In this document: piece by piece, positions 17,810 through 22,230 of the stretch
Position numbering within the stretch: the first letter of the stretch is position 1
Layout: each line of letters opens with the position of its first letter
Origin: a virus
Taxonomy: Duplodnaviria > Heunggongvirae > Uroviricota > Caudoviricetes
Length of the DNA: 22,230 nucleotides
Virus record (IMG/VR): IMGVR_UViG_2713896776_000007
Span: 1-22,230 of that record
Reading direction: 5' to 3' (one strand)
Notes under the pieces: generated by a model
Told to the model about the DNA's origin: nothing
The model's database searches: none
Seen by the model: only the letters and a program-made list of their open reading frames with translations
Position numbers and translations under genes: made by a program

Positions 17810-18424
17810 TTAATAACTCCAGATAAAAGGCGTGGTGAGTGTGAGTGCTTCGGAATAGGAGACGTTACAGGCTTCGCTTACATCCTTTATTAAAAGGTGC
17901 TGCGCTGCTCTCTGGCTGTCAGCTATGCCGTCGAACTCTGAGAAATAAACGTGTGATTCATTGTGACCAAAACAGACCGGGTAAGCGCTTTCCATAAATT
18001 CCACCTGCTCCAGCCCTTTAACGGCTGGCGGCTGTGAGCCGAGAAAACCGATATGGCGTAGATACCAAGCTCCGGTGCCTGCCGGGTTGCTGGCCTCGCC
18101 GGGCTTATAGAATGACGCAGATACTTTCCTGTAACGCCCTGAGCGCACCAGCCCCAGCAGGGTATCATCCGGTTTTACCAGTGCGAAAAGCCTGCCGTTC
18201 TTGCTTATCAGTCCGGTGGTTTCGCCATAGGCCGGGCTGTTACTGGCCGGATGCCCCAGACACAGCGGCGCACCGTAACCCGCGCTGCGATAGCCGTTAT
18301 AGGCCGCTGCCATGTTGTCGATATCCTCGTCGGAAAAGCTGATTTCCTGTCCCGCCATCGCGGTATGCGTTCCCGCCCGGAATATCTCAATCGTTTTCCA
18401 GTTGCCCAAATTAAGATTTGTCAT
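17810..18424 (-). CDS. GPO / Mu-I-like capsid protease-scaffold N-terminal domain protein (204 aa)
   Basis: The pattern W..IEIFRAG.HT...G.EISFSDEDIDNMAAAY........APLCLGH......AYGE...L...GRLFA.V.P.D.L..LV..G.Y..VSASFY...YL.H.GFLG..PPAVKGL..V.F parallels the P2 gpO and Mu I N-terminal domains as I recall them. This is remote similarity only. Confidence 0.5.
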   Translation of the reverse strand: MTNLNLGNWKTIEIFRAGTHTAMAGQEISFSDEDIDNMAAAYNGYRSAGYGAPLCLGHPASNSPAYGETTGLISKNGRLFALVKPDDTLLGLVRSGRYRKVSASFYKPGEASNPAGTGAWYLRHIGFLGSQPPAVKGLEQVEFMESAYPVCFGHNESHVYFSEFDGIADSQRAAQHLLIKDVSEACNVSYSEALTLTTPFIWSY

Positions 18425-18466
18425 TTACCTGTTCTCGGTTGTGATGTGTAAACAGTGCTTTGCTGC

Positions 18467-18823
18467 TTAGTGTCTGGCAGCGCTATCTTTCAGGCTGTTT
18501 CTGTATTCACGGCGTTTTTGGGCGATAATGTTGTAAATCCATTGCAGGGAATAGCCGTATTTTTTCGCTATTTCAGCGATGGGAATACCTTCATTAAAGT
18601 CTGCAAAAACCAGATCATATTTCTCTTCATTCTGGTCTTTTGTTCCTTTTGGGAAGTAAAGGTTAAGCCCGCCGTATACATCTGACAGATACGCCATGAT
18701 GTCTACAGCGATAGATTCAGACTGACGTTTATCGACACCGTACATGACAAGGCGGCAGGAAATGTGCGTAGCCATATCACTAAGCACTTCGGCAGATTGA
18801 CGCATTTTTTGTTTGTTGGTCAT
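18467..18823 (-). CDS. Mor/C-family transcriptional activator
   Basis: The C-terminal HTH (EGIPIAEIAKKYGYSLQWIYNIIAQKRRE) and the length (118 aa from the ATG at 18821-18823) are typical of the Mu Mor/C family. Confidence 0.8.
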   Translation of the reverse strand: MTNKQKMRQSAEVLSDMATHISCRLVMYGVDKRQSESIAVDIMAYLSDVYGGLNLYFPKGTKDQNEEKYDLVFADFNEGIPIAEIAKKYGYSLQWIYNIIAQKRREYRNSLKDSAARH

Positions 18824-19022
18824 GACTATCACCCGTTGCAATATCAGTAATTCAGTCAGAAAAGGCTTTATAAAGCTTTACAGCGTGCGACTGGCGGTAA
18901 AGGCGAACCTTGACCGCAGCAAACCAGCCTGACGGCTTAGAAAGCGTTACAGCACCTTGTTAAAGTCAGTTAATAATATCGGGTGTGGGCGGGGATGTTT
19001 TTTAATGTACTTTAGATATGAA

Positions 19023-19046
19023 GAAGCCCCTCAGAGGAGGGGCTTC
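19023..19046 (-). terminator. hairpin terminator after the DUF3077-like gene
   Basis: It has a perfect 10-bp GC-rich stem (gaagcccctc / gaggggcttc) and a 4-nt loop, 17 nt after the stop. The downstream U-tract is weak (UUCAUAUCU). Confidence 0.5.
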
Positions 19047-19062
19047 GCGGGATTACGCCAGA

Positions 19063-19353
19063 TTATTGAGGCCGTCTGTCTTTCCTCAATCCATCAAGTA
19101 GCGCCATTGCATCAGTAACCAGTATGCCAGCAGCATCCGTAACCATAGAAACATCAGAGGATGCACATGATTTATCCGTACCTAATGTAGACGCAAAATC
19201 AAGTAGCTTACGAACTGCATCAAGTCGGTAGGTGGCAGAGTCGTAAATTAACTCCTGATTAGCATCAGTCTTTAAAAACATAATATCATCAGAGGCACCT
19301 TGTGAAAATGACGGCATCGCACGGAAAGTATTTTGAGTTTCAGCCTGTTTCAT
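19063..19353 (-). CDS. hypothetical protein (96 aa, possibly DUF3077-like)
   Basis: It has an ATGA overlap with the upstream gene. It is acidic and helical. The family guess is weak. Confidence 0.45.
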   Translation of the reverse strand: MKQAETQNTFRAMPSFSQGASDDIMFLKTDANQELIYDSATYRLDAVRKLLDFASTLGTDKSCASSDVSMVTDAAGILVTDAMALLDGLRKDRRPQ

Positions 19354-20093
19354 TGTGCAGCCCTCCGGCTAATAGCGAATTTATTATAAACTTCATAACT
19401 GGCAGCATTCAGTCCGGGGTTGTATTTATCAGCCAGAGCACAGGCAATCATATGTTCAATAAATTTTGTTATTGCGTTAAGTTCGGTTTCGTCTGAATAA
19501 CGCAATGCCACTTTGAGTAACTCGCGGCAATATTGCTTTTTATTCTCTTCGATTTGGCCTGATTGTTTTATTCCTGCCTTTTTATCTAACTCGTCCTCAA
19601 CAGGCAAAGATGAGATATCCTCTTTATTGGTTAGCGTTCTTTCGCAAATAATATCTTCACCAGATTGAATTACGCGCTGCAACTCTCTGGCGCTCATGCG
19701 AAGAATATCATCAAGCGTGTGGTCGTTATATGCCCCACCACTGGCAAGGAGATCCAGTGTCACTTCATCCAGCCGGGCAAGCAGATTTAACTTCGTTTTG
19801 CCGATATCTGTTTTGGCAATTGCGGCTCGTGGTGTGTCACCGCCGAACACATGAGCGATTCGCATCGCTTTACGTGCATCGGGCAAGTTTATGCGCCATC
19901 TGTGAAGAAAGTTCGTAAACTCACCATGTTGCAGTTCCTCTTTACAGGCAAATATTTTCTTTCCCAAAGAAACCAAGCCTTCGGCCTCCGATGTCGTTTT
20001 AGCGTGAGAACTGTGAATCACGCCACTGACCACCGCAGATAAAACACTTTCTTGGTTTGTTCCAAATGAATCGTTAGACTTATCATTAGCCAT
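19350..20093 (-). CDS. DUF3102-like protein
   Basis: The segment LGKKIFACKEELQHGEFTNFLHRWRINLPDARKAMRIAHVF resembles the DUF3102 core (HGEW/F..WL.....S.R.A...M.LA). I preferred the ATG at 20091-20093 because AGGA lies 8 nt upstream. The ORF track extends to 20111. Confidence 0.55.
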   Translation of the reverse strand: MANDKSNDSFGTNQESVLSAVVSGVIHSSHAKTTSEAEGLVSLGKKIFACKEELQHGEFTNFLHRWRINLPDARKAMRIAHVFGGDTPRAAIAKTDIGKTKLNLLARLDEVTLDLLASGGAYNDHTLDDILRMSARELQRVIQSGEDIICERTLTNKEDISSLPVEDELDKKAGIKQSGQIEENKKQYCRELLKVALRYSDETELNAITKFIEHMIACALADKYNPGLNAASYEVYNKFAISRRAAQ

Positions 20094-20167
20094 GACTGTT
20101 ATCCTACGCATAACGGTTTACTGGTTAGGCCATAGCAAGTGCTCGCAACATTTGTTATGGCCGTTTC

Positions 20168-20231
20168 TCTAGACCTTTCCCTGTGTTAAGGTATAGACCT
20201 AATAAGCAAACACTAAGCTATAGGTCTATAC
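20168..20231. promoter_or_regulatory. operator-like repeats T(C/A)TAGACCT x3 in a divergent control region
   Basis: The three copies are tctagacct (20168-20176), tatagacct (20192-20200) and an inverted aggtctata (20222-20230). The last two are part of a perfect 10-bp inverted repeat (gtatagacct-N21-aggtctatac). That repeat brackets a TAATAA -10-like hexamer (20201-20206) and abuts the ATG at 20232. Confidence 0.5.
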
Positions 20232-20423
20232 ATGTCAACTATCTTGCGAGATAAAAGCCCTAAAGGGGCAGGTAAAGCCCCGATGTTCAATGTCAGGATT
20301 TCACCAGAACTGAAAGAACAGTTTGAATCACAAGCAAAAAAAGAAGGTGTTAGCTTAGGGAATTGGCTCAAAGAGCTTGGGAGAGCAGAGCTTAAGCGCA
20401 ACGGAATTGACCCGAAGGCTTAA
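20232..20423 (+). CDS. ribbon-helix-helix (Arc/CopG/HicB-antitoxin-like) DNA-binding protein
   Basis: In the 63-aa product, FNVRISPELKEQFESQAKKEGVSLGNWLKELGRAEL fits the RHH beta-alpha-alpha pattern. Confidence 0.65.
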   Translation: MSTILRDKSPKGAGKAPMFNVRISPELKEQFESQAKKEGVSLGNWLKELGRAELKRNGIDPKA

Positions 20424-20459
20424 ATTTAGTTACTAAAAAACAATAGCTTAAGGTATTTT

Positions 20460-20545
20460 TGATAAATATTTATCACTTGTATTCGACATCATAGTGATAA
20501 ATATTTATCATTCACAGCGCATCGGCACATGATAAAATGTTATCA
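20460..20545. promoter_or_regulatory. three 16-bp palindromic operators at 35-bp spacing
   Basis: TGATAAATATTTATCA occurs at 20460-20475 and identically at 20495-20510. A degenerate copy, TGATAAAATGTTATCA, lies at 20530-20545. Confidence 0.6.
20511..20538 (+). promoter_or_regulatory. putative sigma70 promoter for the 114-aa gene
   Basis: The elements are TTCACA-16 nt-TAAAAT. The -10 lies inside the third operator. GAGG lies 7 nt before the ATG at 20561. Confidence 0.4.
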
Positions 20546-20560
20546 CTTTGAGGCTAGTTT

Positions 20561-20905
20561 ATGCGTATACATGTTACTCTTAATGGCAAAAAAACAACCA
20601 TATCGATAGATGACTTGCTCTTCGACTATCTTGGTGCATGGTTGGTTGAACAAAGACCCAAACTGCACTCAAAACCTAAAGAGCAGTATGACCAAGCTAA
20701 GTCTCAGATTCGTAAATATGTGCAAGATAACGCAGAAAAACTCCCATCTAAGAACCTTAGCCAGCACATACAAAATGCCATTTTAGAAATAATTATGCCG
20801 AAAGAATTAAATGAAATTCTAGAGAAAAGAGGGCCAAGATATGAGAAGAAAAAGTTTGATGTGACCACAATTTTCCCTGATTGGGAAAATTATCTGAGAA
20901 AGTAA
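20561..20905 (+). CDS. RHH_4-like (PF13467-type) ribbon-helix-helix domain protein
   Basis: IHVTLNGKKTTISIDDLLFDYLGAWL....NLSQHIQNAILEI parallels the RHH_4 pattern (v.l.G..TSisLE..FW..L...A...NLSSaiR..vL) as I recall it. Confidence 0.5.
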   Translation: MRIHVTLNGKKTTISIDDLLFDYLGAWLVEQRPKLHSKPKEQYDQAKSQIRKYVQDNAEKLPSKNLSQHIQNAILEIIMPKELNEILEKRGPRYEKKKFDVTTIFPDWENYLRK

Positions 20906-20924
20906 TTAAATCAATGGATTGTAT

Positions 20925-20944
20925 ACCGCTCAGCGCTGAGCGGT
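20925..20944 (+). terminator. palindromic hairpin after the 114-aa gene
   Basis: accgctcagcgctgagcggt is a perfect 20-bp palindrome 19 nt after the stop. The T-tract is poor (tctgtgg). Confidence 0.35.
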
Positions 20945-21157
20945 TCTGTGGCTCTAGATCTGCCAACGTTGGCAGATTTGCCAATACCGCATTTGATTGA
21001 TGGTATCGAATCGCAAATGTCCCAGCGCTGGGAATCATCCCCAAAGGCGCAGACATCTGCGCCTTTGAGAAGCACGGAACTAAAATCCGTTTCACTGTAT
21101 GACTGTATGGTATGAGGCTTTCAGATGCTTACTGAGGCTTAAATAAGCTAATGAAGT

Positions 21158-21186
21158 TTGCATCATCTGTTCCAAGTTAGTACACT
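21158..21186 (+). promoter_or_regulatory. putative sigma70 promoter of the antitoxin sRNA
   Basis: The elements are TTGCAT-17 nt-TACACT. The predicted start at about 21193-21194 coincides with the first base of the left inverted-repeat arm. Confidence 0.45.
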
Positions 21187-21193
21187 TATCCCT

Positions 21194-21226
21194 GTTAGTG
21201 GATGCGTGACGCGCTCTGGTTGAGGC
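21194..21226. repeat. left arm of a perfect 33-bp inverted repeat
   Basis: gttagtggatgcgtgacgcgctctggttgaggc is the exact reverse complement of 21444-21476. Confidence 0.95.
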
Positions 21227-21272
21227 TCATTACCTTGAACAGAGATTCATCACCTTAAGCACCCAAAGAAAA

Positions 21273-21302
21273 AAGCCTGACCTCACCAGTCGGGCTTTTT
21301 TT
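21273..21302 (+). terminator. rho-independent terminator
   Basis: The 9-bp stem is aagccugac / gucgggcuu with one G-U pair and a 7-nt loop. It is followed by a T7 run. An A6 run upstream could allow bidirectional use. Confidence 0.75.
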
Positions 21303-21324
21303 GTCCGTTATTTACTCCAGTCCT

Positions 21325-21352
21325 TTGAATACACTGCTGATGCCTTTATAAT
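21325..21352 (+). promoter_or_regulatory. strong sigma70-like promoter of the toxin mRNA
   Basis: The elements are TTGAAT-16 nt-TATAAT. The predicted start is at about G21359. Confidence 0.55.
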
Positions 21353-21443
21353 CACAGCGTTAGTGGGTGTCCCGTTCTGACACAACGCAGGCATGTGAAA
21401 CGTGTTCAAGCCCTGGCTGGATTACGGGTGGTGCCGCTCCAGT

Positions 21444-21476
21444 GCCTCAACCAGAGCGCGTCACGCATCCACTAAC
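21444..21476. repeat. right arm of the perfect 33-bp inverted repeat (predicted sRNA target in the toxin leader)
   Basis: gcctcaaccagagcgcgtcacgcatccactaac lies 73-105 nt upstream of the toxin ATG. Confidence 0.95.
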
Positions 21477-21548
21477 AATGCAACACCGTTAACCAGGCAG
21501 TGGAAGGGCTTTAATGGTGATGCCGCGCTCCTGTAGTGGAGCAAACGG

Positions 21549-21632
21549 ATGAAGGGATTTCTTCAAATCGCTGTCATCGCTCTTAAGGCAATTGTCGCCT
21601 TTATTGAGCTGATTCTGGCCTGCTTACCGTAA
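21549..21632 (+). CDS. 27-aa hydrophobic TisB/DinQ-like type I toxin candidate, not in the ORF track
   Basis: My manual translation is MKGFLQIAVIALKAIVAFIELILACLP. From memory, TisB is MNLVDIAILILKLIVAALQLLDAVLKYLK and DinQ is MIDKAIIVLGALIALLELIRFLLQLLN. GGAG lies 7 nt upstream of the ATG, and a strong hairpin follows the stop. Confidence 0.55.
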   Translation: MKGFLQIAVIALKAIVAFIELILACLP

Positions 21633-21651
21633 GCAACCGGGAAACGTAAGT

Positions 21652-21680
21652 AAGGCCACCGGCTCACCCCCGGTGGCCTT
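21652..21680 (+). terminator. hairpin terminator of the toxin mRNA
   Basis: It has a perfect 11-bp stem (aaggccaccgg / ccggtggcctt) and a 7-nt loop, 19 nt after the stop. The U-tract is weak. Confidence 0.55.
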
Positions 21681-21885
21681 TAACATTTTAAGTCTGCCTC
21701 GCCGCTCTACCGGCCATTCATTTTTGAAGCTGGCTGAGTGTTAAGGCTAAATTTAAGGTGGCACTGACGGCTTAAATTCCTGCGATATCCTGGCATGTCG
21801 TTATGATTAAAGCGCATTAGAAACAAATTTCATCGTTCTGATTAAACATGTTTACCTGACTATTCAAAGTAAGGTAAATCTCAAT

Positions 21886-22230
21886 ATGGCACGACCTCAG
21901 ACGGTTAATCAGTTACCCGACTCTATCAAGAAGAAACTGAATAAAAAGCTGACGGAAAGTTCATTCAGCGGCTACGTTCAGCTTACTGAGTGGTTAAACT
22001 CGTTGGGATACCCGGTTTCAAAATCATCAGTGCATCGCTATGCTGAACGTCGCCGCCTGTCACTTATAGCAGGGAGCGATACTCCCGGCGCAACAGCTAA
22101 CATTGTGGATACGAAACTTCGCTGTCTGGAGCTTGCCTCGCTCTCTTTAAAAACGGACGAGAAGTTGTCAGCAGATGAAGTAAAAAAATATGCTGAAAAT
22201 TTGATGGGGTGGCTTTACGACCAGAAATAA
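21886..22230 (+). CDS. Mu gp27-like protein (DUF3486, terminase small subunit candidate)
   Basis: QLPDSIKKKLNKKLTESSFSGYVQLTEWLNSLGYPVSKSSVHRYAERRR matches the DUF3486 N-terminal pattern (LP.E.r..Ld..L.d..fsGY..L.eWLne.G..iSKSAvHRYg). The stop is at the last bases of the window. At 114 aa it is short for the family. Confidence 0.75.
   Translation: MARPQTVNQLPDSIKKKLNKKLTESSFSGYVQLTEWLNSLGYPVSKSSVHRYAERRRLSLIAGSDTPGATANIVDTKLRCLELASLSLKTDEKLSADEVKKYAENLMGWLYDQK

Larger units (their letters stand above)
21194..21302 (+). ncRNA. predicted ~109-nt antitoxin sRNA (IstR/AgrB analogue, tandem orientation)
   Basis: Its 5' 33 nt (21194-21226) are perfectly complementary to 21444-21476 in the downstream toxin leader. 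It ends at a strong intrinsic terminator. Confidence 0.5.

Noticed and set aside
20460-20545. The TGATAAATATTTATCA palindromes as Fur boxes
   Set aside because: The half-sites resemble Fur boxes (TGATAAT-N-ATTATCA), but the central spacing and sequence differ. Three copies at exact 35-bp phasing next to RHH genes fit phage operators better. I kept this as an alternative to test.
20793-21095. 100-aa minus-strand ORF
   Set aside because: It overlaps the 3' end of the better-supported 114-aa plus-strand gene. It runs through four perfect palindromes, has no SD and is of low-complexity character. It is likely non-coding.
21093-21112. Possible LexA box (cactgtatgactgtatggta) that would make the TisB-like locus SOS-regulated
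   Set aside because: It contains CTGT twice as a tandem actgtatg repeat, but there is no ACAG/CAG at the required CTG-N10-CAG spacing. No CTG-N10-CAG overlaps either predicted promoter.
21194-21476. The 33-bp inverted repeats as boundaries of a fimS-like invertible promoter switch, or as MITE/IS ends
   Set aside because: - No dedicated recombinase is adjacent, and the nearby pin gene is truncated and uses different 26-bp sites.
- I saw no target-site duplication (flanks are tatccct and aatgcaa).
- The promoter, terminator and ORF arrangement is explained more economically by an sRNA/mRNA pairing model.

This is not fully excluded. Read-level orientation analysis would settle it.
1-22230. CRISPR arrays, tRNA/rRNA genes, integrase or att sites, reverse transcriptase or DGR repeats
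   Set aside because: On reading both strands I found no regularly spaced direct repeats, no cloverleaf-like segments, no tyrosine-recombinase or RT motifs, and no template/variable repeat pair.

Overview
This window is most of the late and accessory arm of an enterobacterial (E. coli-like) prophage, flanked by AT-rich cargo. The calls below rest on my reading of the ORF translations and on protein families recalled from memory. No database search was run.

**Minus strand, 2.3-14.5 kb.** This is a complete, syntenic Mu/SfV/e14-type contractile-tail module:
- gp37-like protein and an unlisted DUF2635 mini-gene
- sheath and tube
- a chaperone with a -1 frameshift
- a 635-aa tape measure
- DNA-circularisation protein N, then P/gp44, gp45, gp46 and baseplate J
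- a DUF2313 (YmfQ-like) protein and a short tail fibre

**Tail-fibre switch.** The fibre gene ends in a Gin/Pin-type invertible segment (2310-4238). The segment has two 26-bp crossover sites, two convergent tail-fibre assembly genes and a silent alternative fibre tip.

**Broken invertase and defence cargo.** The Pin-like invertase is cut off after codon 96. Its 3' half is replaced by an AT-rich cassette carrying the RnlA/RnlB toxin-antitoxin anti-phage pair and a small two-helix membrane ORF.

**Out-of-context block, 14.7-18.4 kb.** Upstream of the tail module sit three genes in the wrong context: a second 825-aa tape-measure-like gene, a coiled-coil ORF and a GPO/Mu-I-like protease-domain ORF. 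No capsid gene is present.

**Regulatory island, 18.4-21.9 kb.**
- a Mor/C-family activator
- DUF3102-like and DUF3077-like genes
- two ribbon-helix-helix (RHH) genes with conspicuous palindromic operators

**Window end.** A Mu gp27-like small terminase gene is transcribed the opposite way.

**Most interesting unexplained signal, 21158-21680.** A perfect 33-bp inverted repeat sits with two sigma70-like promoters, two intrinsic terminators and an unlisted 27-codon hydrophobic ORF resembling TisB/DinQ. I read this as a type I toxin-antitoxin locus with a tandem, trans-pairing antitoxin sRNA.
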